A DNA stretch of 64,000 nt from Thermomicrobiales bacterium (GCA_042408955.1 JBHOQQ010000046.1:725-64724); one strand, 5' to 3'; shown: positions 17,462-27,347, numbered from the stretch's first letter. The notes: generated from the sequence alone by a model not told the origin. Translations and numbers: made by a program.

Positions 17462-17548
17462 CTCAGCGCCGGGCTGCTGGGCATGTTGTCGGATGCCCAC
17501 ACGCCCCAGCTGCCTCGCGGCATGCGCGACATGTGAGGCGGAATCACG

Positions 17549-18061
17549 ATGTATTGGACCAAGAAGCACGTGCTCGTCTGCACCGCGTCTCACTGCTCCC
17601 AAAAAGGAGCGAACGACGTGGTTGGGAAACTTCGCCTGGAGATCGTCCGGCGCAAGCTTGATGCTGAGATTTTGGTCAATACCTGCGGCACCATCGACTT
17701 GTGCGACATCGGCCCGAATGTCATCGTCTACCCCGACGGCATTATCTATCGGGGTGTTACGGTGAAGGACCTACCGGAAATCATCGAGCACCTGAAGGGC
17801 GGGCCGGTGGTTGAGCGATTGGTTCTGGGACCGCACACTCCCGACGAGGAAGCGCGCCGCGCGTTCTATCGGGCCGCGGTTACTCCAGAACCTGCCCGCC
17901 CGGCCTCAGCGTTCCGCGCGCTAGCAGCCGAGCATGGCTTTGATGAGCCCTGGATCGCCGAGCAATTGCGACGCGGCTTCATCGCGCGCAAGCCCAGCCC
18001 CGACGGCGGTGAAGAGCTGATCGTGGTCACAAGCAAAGCCCGAACGCGCTACGGCGTGTGA
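17549..18061 (+). CDS. Thioredoxin-like [2Fe-2S] ferredoxin domain protein with C-terminal extension
   Basis: Translation KKHVLVCTASHCSQKGANDV...LVNTCGTIDLCDIGPNVIVYPDGIIYRGV shows the C-x4-C...C-x5-C pattern of thioredoxin-like ferredoxins. Confidence 0.7.
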   Translation: MYWTKKHVLVCTASHCSQKGANDVVGKLRLEIVRRKLDAEILVNTCGTIDLCDIGPNVIVYPDGIIYRGVTVKDLPEIIEHLKGGPVVERLVLGPHTPDEEARRAFYRAAVTPEPARPASAFRALAAEHGFDEPWIAEQLRRGFIARKPSPDGGEELIVVTSKARTRYGV

Positions 18062-18086
18062 CGGCAGAGCACACGACAGGAAAGAG

Positions 18087-19145
18087 ATGGCCGGTTCACT
18101 CGATCGGTACCGCGACGGTCGCGCCGTCGCCGAAAACCAGGATGGCTCGCCGGCTCGCGTCGCCAAACGCGAGCTCGACCTTCGCGTGATTCGGCTCGGT
18201 CCGTCGTTCGCGATTCGCTTCGCCATTGCCACTGCGTTGGTGGTCGGCTCAGTGCTGGTCGACCGGCCCGCCTTCGCCTGGGGCGTTTTAGTCCTCTTCG
18301 CGATCCTGGCCGTGCCCCTTGGGCGAGCGCGCTCCTTTATCTTCTCGTTTGTCCCCTACGCGACCGTCTGGTTTACGTTCACAGCGCTGCGCGCGCTCGC
18401 GGACGAGACCATCCTGGCCCAAACCCTCAGCACGCGCGTCTCCGAGTTTGAGCGCTGGCTATTTGGTGGCCAGTTACCCACCATCCGCCTGCAGGACCGC
18501 TTCTTCGGCCAGTACAGCCCACCGTACCACCTGCACTGGTACGACTATTTCTTCACGGGCATTCATTGGTCGTATTTTATCGTCCCGCACATTGCCGCCG
18601 TTCTCATCTGGCACCGGGATCCGCGGCTGTTTCGCCACTTTCTCGGCGCCATGACGATCCTGCTCGCCGTTGGCTTGGCCATCTATTTTGTGATCCCCAG
18701 CCGCCCGCCCTGGAATGCCCCGGAGCAGCTCGACAGCCCTTCAGCGCCGAACGCCTACCGCATCATGACGCTGGTTGGTGAGGAGCTCGGCGGCGGAGTA
18801 TACCGCGCCAGCTACCGGGTGATTGGGGAATCAAACCCGTGGGCGGCAATGCCGTCCATTCACATGGCCTTCACCTTTCTGCTCGTCTTTCCTGCCTTTT
18901 ACTTTGGCAAGCGGTGGGGATACCTCGCCCTCGCCTACTCCGCATTGATGGGCTATGCACTCGTCTATCTTGGCGAGCATTATGTCATCGACGTCATTGT
19001 TGGCATGATGATCGCGACCTACGGCTGGCTCGCCGCGCGCACCTGGCTTCACCGCATTTCCCCGGTCGTGCTGCCACACTTGCCGGGTCTGGCCGGACGG
19101 CACACTGTGGCCGGTGCCGACGGCGGCGCGGCTGTGCCCCGCTGA
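18087..19145 (+). CDS. PAP2-superfamily membrane protein (inositol-phosphotransferase/Aur1-like PAP2_3)
   Basis: Multi-TM protein with motifs MPSIHMAF and GEHYVIDVIVG. Confidence 0.7.
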   Translation: MAGSLDRYRDGRAVAENQDGSPARVAKRELDLRVIRLGPSFAIRFAIATALVVGSVLVDRPAFAWGVLVLFAILAVPLGRARSFIFSFVPYATVWFTFTALRALADETILAQTLSTRVSEFERWLFGGQLPTIRLQDRFFGQYSPPYHLHWYDYFFTGIHWSYFIVPHIAAVLIWHRDPRLFRHFLGAMTILLAVGLAIYFVIPSRPPWNAPEQLDSPSAPNAYRIMTLVGEELGGGVYRASYRVIGESNPWAAMPSIHMAFTFLLVFPAFYFGKRWGYLALAYSALMGYALVYLGEHYVIDVIVGMMIATYGWLAARTWLHRISPVVLPHLPGLAGRHTVAGADGGAAVPR

Positions 19146-19177
19146 GCGGCAAAGCGCCAATCTCGACAACCTGAGCG

Positions 19178-20302
19178 CTAGTCGCCAGCCCGCCCAGCGC
19201 CCGCGTGCGACCATTCGGTCTCCACGATGCGGCGGGTAGGTATCTCCGCTGTCCCAAGCTGCAAGGGAAAGCCGTGTGCTCGCCATGCCTCCGTTCCGCC
19301 GGCCACCGTTGCCACCCGCTCGAACCCAACCTGGCGCAAAAACTGGCTCGCCCGCAACGAGCGGTAACCAGCATGGCAAATGACGAAGACCGGTTGATCC
19401 TGCGGCAAATCTTCCAAGCGGGCTGCAAGATCTGCCTGCGGGATGTTGATCGCACCCGGCACGTGTCCTGCGACGAACTCCTCCGGCTCACGGACGTCCA
19501 CGAGGGTGACACCGGGCAACAGATTGCGCAGGTCATCAACGGTCACTTCGTGGACCTCGCCGAGCGTCGTCAGCATTGCCCATTCACCATTATCTAGACC
19601 GCGATTGGTCGCCTCGATGGTCGTCATATTGAGCGGACGCGCTGGGACGCTATCCGTCAGCGCGGCGAGAAAGACATCGCGCTGGAGACGAACGAGCGGA
19701 TTGAAGAGCCGCTCGAAGCCAATCGTGGTGCTCGGCCGGCCGCACATACCCTTGCCGCACGGACCTTCGAAATGCCCTGGGAATACGGCTACCCAATCCG
19801 GCAATCGCAGCAATCGGCCGACACTCTCGTATTGCGCCTCGGCGTCACCGCCACCAAAGTCCGGACGCCCAACATCTCCAACAAGCAGCGAATCGCCCGT
19901 GAGAACCATCGAGGGCTCAGGGCTTCGTTCCGGATTGATAATCAGGATCGAGATTAGCTCAGGGCGGTGGCCCGGCGTATGCAAGATTCGGAGGCGAAGC
20001 TGGCCGAGCGCAAGCTCCTCGTTGTCCTTCAGCGGACGGAACGGGTAGGCTACGCTGGCTGCCTCATGGAGGCACACCGCGGCCGCGTGCTTAGCGGCCA
20101 GGTTCCTGGCCCCGGAAACGTGATCGGCGTGGACGTGCGTATCAATGACATAGCGCAACACGAACTGCCGCTCGGCGAGCAGTTGCTCATACGGCTCAAT
20201 GAGCAGAGCAGGGTCCACCACGGCCGCTTCGTGCGTCTTGCGTGAGGCGATCAGGTACGAGGCACAGCCGCAGCGTTCATCGAGGAATTGCTTGAAGTAC
20301 AT
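19178..20302 (-). CDS. MBL-fold hydrolase (persulfide dioxygenase-like) fused to a rhodanese domain
   Basis: Contains MYFKQFLDERCGCASYLI, the metal motif DTHVHADHVSG and a C-terminal rhodanese active-site loop VICHAGYRS. Confidence 0.85.
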   Translation of the reverse strand: MYFKQFLDERCGCASYLIASRKTHEAAVVDPALLIEPYEQLLAERQFVLRYVIDTHVHADHVSGARNLAAKHAAAVCLHEAASVAYPFRPLKDNEELALGQLRLRILHTPGHRPELISILIINPERSPEPSMVLTGDSLLVGDVGRPDFGGGDAEAQYESVGRLLRLPDWVAVFPGHFEGPCGKGMCGRPSTTIGFERLFNPLVRLQRDVFLAALTDSVPARPLNMTTIEATNRGLDNGEWAMLTTLGEVHEVTVDDLRNLLPGVTLVDVREPEEFVAGHVPGAINIPQADLAARLEDLPQDQPVFVICHAGYRSLRASQFLRQVGFERVATVAGGTEAWRAHGFPLQLGTAEIPTRRIVETEWSHAGAGRAGD

Positions 20303-20465
20303 CGCTTGGCTCCTCTCTCACGCGATAGTGAGCGCGGCCGATGCGTCAATATCACGAACATGCCATACCGGTGTTATGCATCATAGCTGATCGGGGGAGG
20401 ATTCCCAAGGAACCTCGGTAGCGTGGTTACCCGTCACCACAGGAATGGTCAGAAAGGTAGGAACC

Positions 20466-21161
20466 ATGTGTGGGCGATACGTGCTTCGAACACCCGAAGA
20501 ACTCTCCGAGCGATTCCGTCTCCGCCAGATGAGCTTGCCGGTCCATCCGGTCTACAACGCGGCACCCTCGACGCTGCTCCCGGTCATCGTCGAGAACGCC
20601 GGTGGCGAGCGTGAAGCGCGCCTGATGCGCTGGGGACTCATCCCTCGCTGGGCCAAGCCGGGTGAGCGCTCGGTAACCCCTATCAACGCCCGGGCAGAGA
20701 CGTTGCTGGAGCGTCCCATGTTCCGGAATCTGATTACGCGGCGCCGCTGCTTGGTCCCCGCCAGTGGCTTCTACGAGTGGCAGCAACGCAACGGCCGGAA
20801 GCAGCCATTCTACGTAACGCTCAAAGACGAGCCGCTCTTCGCGATGGCCGGGCTGTATGACGAATTTGTCGATCCGTCCGGGGAGCCGGTTGCCTCGTAC
20901 ACGATCATCACCACGGCGCCGAACCGCTTGGTAGCCACCCTCCATGACCGGATGCCCGCGATTCTCTTGCCCACCGATGAAGAAGAGTGGCTAAGTCCAA
21001 CAGTCACTGACAGCCACCAGGTTGAGCGTCTTTTGCAACCGTTCCCAGCCGAACTCATGGTCATGTGGCCGGTTAGCCCGGCGGTGAACAACACCCGGCA
21101 CGACGACCCGTCGCTCATTGAGCCGGTCAACGGCCCGATTGAGGTGTCAAGCCTGAACTAA
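20466..21161 (+). CDS. SOS response-associated peptidase (SRAP/YedK family, abasic-site crosslinking)
   Basis: Starts MCGRYVL, which supplies the obligatory Cys2 nucleophile. Also has RWGLIP.W, NARAET, PASGFYEW and HDRMP motifs. AAAGGTAGGA RBS is present. Confidence 0.85.
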   Translation: MCGRYVLRTPEELSERFRLRQMSLPVHPVYNAAPSTLLPVIVENAGGEREARLMRWGLIPRWAKPGERSVTPINARAETLLERPMFRNLITRRRCLVPASGFYEWQQRNGRKQPFYVTLKDEPLFAMAGLYDEFVDPSGEPVASYTIITTAPNRLVATLHDRMPAILLPTDEEEWLSPTVTDSHQVERLLQPFPAELMVMWPVSPAVNNTRHDDPSLIEPVNGPIEVSSLN

Positions 21162-21226
21162 CCGGGGTGTGGACAGCCTTGGAGCGACTGTTTCCTTGAA
21201 CGGGGGAAAGCGATCTGCCGTCCGTA

Positions 21227-21253
21227 GGCGCGCGATGAATCGCGCCCTTTCTT
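21227..21253 (+). terminator. Candidate intrinsic terminator after the SRAP gene
   Basis: GGCGCG-cgatgaat-CGCGCC stem-loop followed by CTTTCTT. Confidence 0.35.
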
Positions 21254-21407
21254 GATGCGTCGGGCCACCCAGATGCCTGACGGCTGTGGGCGGAGGGTTC
21301 CCACGCGACGAGACATCGCGTGGGGTCTCATCACCCCGCGCTCACGCCCCCGCGCAGTTGGAGGCTCCATTGCTTTCCGCTGTCAACCACCAACAATCAT
21401 CCAGGCT

Positions 21408-24400
21408 CTAGGTGACGAGCGCTCGCTTCGCATCTGCTTCGTTCCTCCAATCCAGCATGGAGATGGAGAGATCCTTGCTGAGGAGCGAGCGCAATTCCTC
21501 CTCCGGCATCGGCCGGGCAAACCAGTAGCCCTGCCCCCGGTCGACATTGCATACCTTCAGCCAGTCGAGTTGCGCGTCCGACTCGATGCCTTTCGCCGTG
21601 ATGTGCATGCCCAGCTCGTGCGCTAACCAGGAAATGGACCGCACGACTGCCATATTGACGTGCTTGTTTTCGGCGGCTGCGATGAGGTGCCGGTCAAGCT
21701 TGACACCGTCGAAGGGCATCGCTCGTAAGCAGTCGAAGCTGCTGTGACCGGTGCCGAAGTCGTCAATCACGAGGCGGACGCCGATTCCGCGCAACCGCAT
21801 CAAATTCTGTTGCACTACTTCACGATTGAGCACATCGAGATCACCGGTCAATTCTAGCTCCAGTAGCTCGGGGCGCAGCCCGGTCTCGTCTAAAATGGCG
21901 CTCACGCTGCCAGCAAGATCGTGATGCTCAAGGTGCCGCGCCGAGACGTTTACGGCCACCGCGATCTCCGCTCGTGCCCCGTCCGCCAGCCACTGCTTGC
22001 CAGCGCGGCATGCCTCGCGCAACACCCACTCACCTAACGGCGCTGCCGAGCCTGACGCTTCGGCAATGTGGATGAACTGAGAAGCGGGCAGCATGCCCAA
22101 CTTCGGATGTTGCCACCGCACCAGTGCCTCAAGCGCGACGATGGTGGTTCCTTCGAGATCGAAAATCGGCTGGTAGTGCAAGCAGAGCTGATTGCGTTCG
22201 ATCGCCAGCCGGATGTCGGTCTCCTGCTTGAGGCGTGTCCGGACCTTGGCAGCCATGCGTGGTTCGTAGATCGCAAACGTGCGCCGGCCCGAGCCCTTCG
22301 CCTCGTACAACGCGATATCGGCGTTCCGCAAGAGATCACGTGGGTGCATCCGGCCATTCCACCCCTGAGCAACCCCGATGCTGACGCCGATGCGAACCTC
22401 CTGGCCATCGAGGCGATACGGCTCCTGGACGACATCTATCAGGCGGCGCGCGATTGCCGCGACGGCATCCAGCGATTCACTGGAATGCAGCAGCACCGCG
22501 AACTCGTCGCCTCCGAGCCGCGCCACGATGTCTTCGCCACGGATCACTTTCTGCAACCGCTTCGCGACCTCGACAAGCAACCGGTCACCCGTGTCATGGC
22601 CGAGCGTATCATTGACGAGCTTGAAGCCATCAAGGTCGAGGAAGAGCACAGCAACGCCGCTTGACAGCCGGGCACTCGCCGCAACCGCTTCCTCCAAGCG
22701 CTCCATGAAATATGCGCGGTTGGCCAGGCCAGTCAGCGGGTCATGAAGCGCCAGATGTCGGTAACGCTCTTGGCTCTCGCGCAGTGCTTCCTCCGCGCGG
22801 TACCGGTCGGTGACATCGGCAAGCGTGCCAATCATCCCAGTCACGCTCCCATTGCCGTCAAGCAACGCCCGGGCTCGAACTTCGCAGACGCGAACCACCC
22901 CGGTTGCCGTCACGATCCGCCGTTCCCGGCGGCACTCCGCACGATTGTCTGCCAAGAGATGACAGAAGCTCTGGAAGCTGTCGGCACGGTCATCCGGGTG
23001 GAAAAACTCGAGAAAGTTCTTGCCCAAGCAGGCTTCAACGGCAAAGCCAGTCAGCTCTGTCCACGCTGGATTGAGAAACGTCCAACGACCTTCGCAGTCA
23101 GTTTGAAAAATGACCTCGTGCACGCTCTCGACGACGGTGCGATAGCGCCGCTCGCTCTCGCGGGCTTCCTTATAGAGTCGCGCGCGCTGAATGGCCGAGC
23201 TAACATGCTCGGCAAGGGCCAGCATCAACCGGAGATCACCTTCGGTCAGCGAACCGGGCTCGGTGCTTTCCAGGTTGAGAATGCCGGCTACCCGCCCTTC
23301 GTCATGAAGGGGAACACAGACCTCAGACACAACGCCATCGAACGCCGCCAGGAAGTCCGGGTCCGCCGGACCGTACGGCAAGTAGACTGGCTGGCCAGTG
23401 CGAGCGACGCGGCCAGTGATCCCCCGGTCGAGGGGAATTCGCTCGATCACTTGCGGGTAACCGATCTGATGCTGCAGCACTAGCTCACCGTGCTCGAGCA
23501 AATAGACGCTGACCAATCGGTAACCAAATGCATGCGCCACCGCTTCGACCACGGCCCGGATGACCGTGGGCACGTCCATCTCCCGCGCGATAGCGGTCCG
23601 CACCTCGTGCAGCAAATGGAGTTCGCGCGCCTGGCGTTCGGCCGCCTCCCGCAGCTTTCGTTGCTGGCGCTCACTCTCTCGCAACGCTTCCGCCATGGCG
23701 CGTTGCTCAGTGATGTCGAAGATGACACCTTGCCAGTAAAGGGGCCGTCCTTGGGCGTCTCGCACCAGCACCGCTTCATCCCGCACCCAGAAATACGACC
23801 CATCTGACCGGCGCTGGCGATACTCACGCCGGTATGGCGCTTGCTCCCGAGCGATCCGCTCTTCCTCCGCGGCGATGCGCTCCACATCGTCCGGGTGCAT
23901 GATCTCCCACCGAAAGTTGGGATTCTCAAGCGACCGGCTCGGTGGGTACCCGAACATGGCCTCCATCTGCGGACTGATATAGAGGATGCGCTGCTCTCCT
24001 TCGGCTTGCATCAGATACGTAACCGCTGGAATCTGCTCGATAAGCGTGCGGAACCGGAGATCAGTCTCCTCAAGCTGCGCTTCTACGCGCAGACGATCCG
24101 TGATATCGCGGGCATTGAGGATGATCCCTTCAACGGCAGGATCATCGAGCAGGTTGGTTGCGATCACCTCGAAGGTACGCACCGAGCCGTTCGCCGCTCG
24201 CGTCGCGATCTCGGCGCGCACAGGCTGTCCGGGATGAGCCAGCGCGTCGGCATACAGCAGATTCAGCCGCTCCTGATTTTCCCGGTCCCGGATCGGATCG
24301 TTGAGCACATTGACGTTGATCATCGCCTCGGGAGGATAGCCGAGCACACGCTCAACCGACGGGCTAATCCAGGTCCTGACGCCCTCGCGGTTGACCACCG

Positions 24401-24860
24401 AAATCACATCGCCAGAGTGCTGCACAAGTGAGCGAAACCAGGCCTCATTGCGGCACAGCGCCTCGGTCGCTTTGGCTCGCTCGGCAAGCATGACCGCCTG
24501 CCGCTCCGCCAACGCAATCCGAGCTTCGAGCCACTCAAGGCGAAATGGCTTCGTCAGGTAATCGTTCGCGCCGGCCGCCACGACCGCGTCCACGTCCTCC
24601 CGGTCACTATGGCCAGTCAACACCAGAATGACGCTTTCCTCTCCTCCTGGCCGTGCGCGGAGCCGCCGGCATAGCTCCAGCCCATCCATGCCAGGCAACC
24701 CCCAATCGAGCACCACGATCGGAATCGCCTCATCGTCCGTGACGGCCAGCGCCTCTTCTGCGCTACTACAGGCGATGACGTCATGACCACGCTGCCGCAG
24801 CAGTGCCTCCACGACCTCTCGGATACCGGCGTTGTCCTCAACAACGAGCACCCTTGCCAT
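21408..24860 (-). CDS. Response-regulator receiver / multi-PAS / GAF / GGDEF / EAL c-di-GMP signalling protein
   Basis: N-terminal REC domain (MARVLVVEDN...VVLDWGLPGMDG...TKPF), several PAS-like blocks and a GAF block (VPLHDEGRVAGILNLES). Diguanylate cyclase motif RLGGDEFAVLL and EAL motif VALEALVRWQHP are both present, with DDFGTGHSS. ATG 24860 preferred; GTG 24899 is possible. Confidence 0.9.
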   Translation of the reverse strand: MARVLVVEDNAGIREVVEALLRQRGHDVIACSSAEEALAVTDDEAIPIVVLDWGLPGMDGLELCRRLRARPGGEESVILVLTGHSDREDVDAVVAAGANDYLTKPFRLEWLEARIALAERQAVMLAERAKATEALCRNEAWFRSLVQHSGDVISVVNREGVRTWISPSVERVLGYPPEAMINVNVLNDPIRDRENQERLNLLYADALAHPGQPVRAEIATRAANGSVRTFEVIATNLLDDPAVEGIILNARDITDRLRVEAQLEETDLRFRTLIEQIPAVTYLMQAEGEQRILYISPQMEAMFGYPPSRSLENPNFRWEIMHPDDVERIAAEEERIAREQAPYRREYRQRRSDGSYFWVRDEAVLVRDAQGRPLYWQGVIFDITEQRAMAEALRESERQQRKLREAAERQARELHLLHEVRTAIAREMDVPTVIRAVVEAVAHAFGYRLVSVYLLEHGELVLQHQIGYPQVIERIPLDRGITGRVARTGQPVYLPYGPADPDFLAAFDGVVSEVCVPLHDEGRVAGILNLESTEPGSLTEGDLRLMLALAEHVSSAIQRARLYKEARESERRYRTVVESVHEVIFQTDCEGRWTFLNPAWTELTGFAVEACLGKNFLEFFHPDDRADSFQSFCHLLADNRAECRRERRIVTATGVVRVCEVRARALLDGNGSVTGMIGTLADVTDRYRAEEALRESQERYRHLALHDPLTGLANRAYFMERLEEAVAASARLSSGVAVLFLDLDGFKLVNDTLGHDTGDRLLVEVAKRLQKVIRGEDIVARLGGDEFAVLLHSSESLDAVAAIARRLIDVVQEPYRLDGQEVRIGVSIGVAQGWNGRMHPRDLLRNADIALYEAKGSGRRTFAIYEPRMAAKVRTRLKQETDIRLAIERNQLCLHYQPIFDLEGTTIVALEALVRWQHPKLGMLPASQFIHIAEASGSAAPLGEWVLREACRAGKQWLADGARAEIAVAVNVSARHLEHHDLAGSVSAILDETGLRPELLELELTGDLDVLNREVVQQNLMRLRGIGVRLVIDDFGTGHSSFDCLRAMPFDGVKLDRHLIAAAENKHVNMAVVRSISWLAHELGMHITAKGIESDAQLDWLKVCNVDRGQGYWFARPMPEEELRSLLSKDLSISMLDWRNEADAKRALVT

Positions 24861-25118
24861 TTGCCCTACCATTCGCACCCACGCCAAGCACGCCGCCACG
24901 ATGCCGGTCGCTCGCGCTGTTTTACCTCGCTCCTGGTACCACCTGTTACCTCGCTGAGCATCTCCCTGCAGGAAACATGTGGCTGACTGCTGTTGCTGTG
25001 CGATAACCCCTCATCGCAGGTAGTATGCAAGGGGCAGAGGCGCGCGTAAGTCACTCGTTAGTCCCAAACTCCGCAAGTGCCTCTTTACCCACACAAAACG
25101 GCACGAAGGAGGACTTGT

Positions 25119-25391
25119 ATGTTTCACGACCGCGAGAACCTGATCGGGCTCCTGCTGCTAGGACTGTGCGCGGTCGTCGCCGGCGTCTTGATCTGGCAAA
25201 TTGGCACGGGCAACCGCTTGCGCTACAACGGCCCGGACTGGCTCATCTGGTTGCTTGCGATCATTATGATCGGCGGCAGCCTGTACGGGCTGGCGCGAGG
25301 CGGCGGCAGGCGCTGGCCTAACCCCCAAGCCGGCCAGCGCCCATGGTGGCGCAAGCTGTTCGCCCGGAAGCACAATGGCCCGAAGCCGTAA
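25119..25391 (+). CDS. Small 2-TM membrane protein
   Basis: ATG 25119 is preceded by AAGGAGGA at ideal spacing. Translation MFHDRENLIGLLLLGLCAVVAGVLIW...WLIWLLAIIMIGGSLYGL. Confidence 0.55.
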   Translation: MFHDRENLIGLLLLGLCAVVAGVLIWQIGTGNRLRYNGPDWLIWLLAIIMIGGSLYGLARGGGRRWPNPQAGQRPWWRKLFARKHNGPKP

Positions 25392-25528
25392 CCCAAAATA
25401 CGCACCGTGTGGCCCTGACGCCATGCGCGAGCATGTGCTCGAGCCGTTTGATACTTGGCACGGCTCTCGGTTCCGAACGCCCGTCAGCCCTTTGGCAAGC
25501 ACCTAGACGAAGGTAAAGGGAAGCAAGC

Positions 25529-26350
25529 ATGACGTCACAACCAGGAAGGCAGACACGCGAGTGGTTCGCGGCACTCCAGGCGAGAATCACGCGGCGCACC
25601 GCCCTCGCGGGCCTCGGTGCGGCAGGAACCCTATCCTTGCTCCGAGAAGCGAGACCTGCCGCTCAGGAGGCAGCCGAGGTCGCGAGCATCCTGGCGCCGC
25701 TTGCCACGCTCGAAGCGTTCCTGACGACGTTTCTCGGAGCCGCACGGGAGCGCGCCGAACGCTTGAAGCTGAGCGACGAGCAAGCCCGGCTGCTGCGGGC
25801 CGCCCAATGCGAAGATGAAGCGCATTACCACAACCTGATCGCCCTCGGCATCCAGGCAACGACCAAGCGGTTCACCCTGAGCGGCAGCCATTACCGTGAC
25901 CGAGAGGCGTTTTTCGAGAGCTTTAAGCACGTCAAGCAACTCGCCGTCGGAGCCTACATGGCCGCTTCTCGGGAACTCGCCGCCGCGGGCGCGCTTGGCC
26001 TCGTCGAGATCGTCTACCAGATCGGCGCTGTCGAAGCCCAGCACCTCGCGCTCGGCAGATTCTTCAGCGGCGAGCGCCTGCCGGCGGACCGCGCTTTTGC
26101 CCGCTGGCAGTTCCACACAACAGCAGAAGCGCTCACCGCGCTAGAGGATGCCGCCTTCATCAATGGCCGGGGCGGCAAATTCGACTTTCCTGGGCCTGTC
26201 AGCAGGAATTGTCGTGGCATCTTTGGGCTGGTGGCCGAGACGACTGAGGATCAACCACCCGCGACACCTCGAGCCGTCGAGGCGAGCCCCGCGACGCCCT
26301 CGAGTGGGACGCCCGAAGCCAGCACACCCATTCCTTCCGACGAGGCGTAG
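25529..26350 (+). CDS. Tat-exported ferritin-like domain protein
   Basis: Twin-arginine motif ITRRTALAGLGAAG. Ferritin-like helices with E..H pairs (CEDEAHYHNL, GAVEAQHLAL). Pro/Thr/Ser-rich tail. Confidence 0.6.
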   Translation: MTSQPGRQTREWFAALQARITRRTALAGLGAAGTLSLLREARPAAQEAAEVASILAPLATLEAFLTTFLGAARERAERLKLSDEQARLLRAAQCEDEAHYHNLIALGIQATTKRFTLSGSHYRDREAFFESFKHVKQLAVGAYMAASRELAAAGALGLVEIVYQIGAVEAQHLALGRFFSGERLPADRAFARWQFHTTAEALTALEDAAFINGRGGKFDFPGPVSRNCRGIFGLVAETTEDQPPATPRAVEASPATPSSGTPEASTPIPSDEA

Positions 26351-26630
26351 ACGCGCCCCTGACGTGGCAAGAATCTTGGCTCGCCTTGCGACAGCACGCG
26401 CACGACAGTGGCTGGCGCGAAACCACCAGCACCATTTATGACCGCTGGGCCGTTGTGCCGAAATGCGGCCGCCTCTACACTCTGCATGGCAACCAGCAGG
26501 CGGGTTCCCCGGCCACGCATGTCCCGCGGCAGCCGATCCCGGCGCCATCTATGCCATGGACGCTGGCGGGCGGCACCTGGGTGACAGCCAGAAGCGGCGT
26601 TTCCGAGACCTGACCGCCTTGGGAGTGACG

Positions 26631-27347
26631 ATGCAGGGCGCAAGCGACGACGATCTCCAAAATGACGCACAACAGTCGGCCAGCGCTTTCGACGACGAGC
26701 GGGAGTACCCGGTCGATCGGGTGCGGCGGAGACTGGCGGGCTCCTTTGGTGGCCGCCCGCTCATGGTGTATCTGGTGTTGTTCGCTGGGACTGCGGTGCT
26801 GCTCATTCTGCTGGTGATCGTCTGGCTCTCGGCAACGGGAGGAGACGGCGAGCAACGCCCGACCTGCTTCAATATCGCCGTCAACGAAGCGGAAGCGGCG
26901 ATCCTGGCGGGCAACGTGACACGTGCGGAGGTCACGCTGGACCAGCAACAGCCGCTCCAGGGGCTCACCAAAATTGTGCTGTACTACCGGGATGGCCAAT
27001 GCCGGGAGCTTCCCGAGGGTGCTGATTACCGCGGTGATCTCTACCGCATTCTCGGCGTGATCTCTATTTACAACCAAGCTTCGGAGCACCCGGTTCGGGT
27101 GCGTTACATCCGGCAAGCTGTGCCGCGAGAGCTCCTCGCAACATCGACACCCACGCCCACGGTGACCCCAACGCCGTCGCCAACGCCCACGCCATCGCCA
27201 ACACCGACTGAGACTCCCGCCGAGATGGTCGCGAGCCCGGCCGCGGCGGATACGCCAACCGCGACGCCGGCGCCAACGCCGACGCCGGTCCCAACCCGGA
27301 CTCTTACGCCCACTCCACTGCCGCCCGCCTCACCCGCGGCGATGTAG
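26631..27347 (+). CDS. Single-pass membrane protein with a Pro/Thr-rich C-terminal tail
   Basis: ATG 26631 follows GGGAG. TM helix LMVYLVLFAGTAVLLILLVIVWL. The last ~70 aa are TPTPTVTPTPSPTPTPSPTPTETP... Confidence 0.6.
   Translation: MQGASDDDLQNDAQQSASAFDDEREYPVDRVRRRLAGSFGGRPLMVYLVLFAGTAVLLILLVIVWLSATGGDGEQRPTCFNIAVNEAEAAILAGNVTRAEVTLDQQQPLQGLTKIVLYYRDGQCRELPEGADYRGDLYRILGVISIYNQASEHPVRVRYIRQAVPRELLATSTPTPTVTPTPSPTPTPSPTPTETPAEMVASPAAADTPTATPAPTPTPVPTRTLTPTPLPPASPAAM

Noticed and set aside
22743-24431. Plus-strand ORFs of 246 and 196 aa opposite the GGDEF/EAL gene
   Set aside because: They are antisense to a continuous 1150-aa ORF with recognisable domains, and have no independent signals.
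25470-25490. Sigma54 promoter (TGGCAC-N5-TTGC) upstream of the ferritin-like gene
   Set aside because: TGGCACGGCTCTCGG has the -24 element but lacks the -12 TTGC/GC element.
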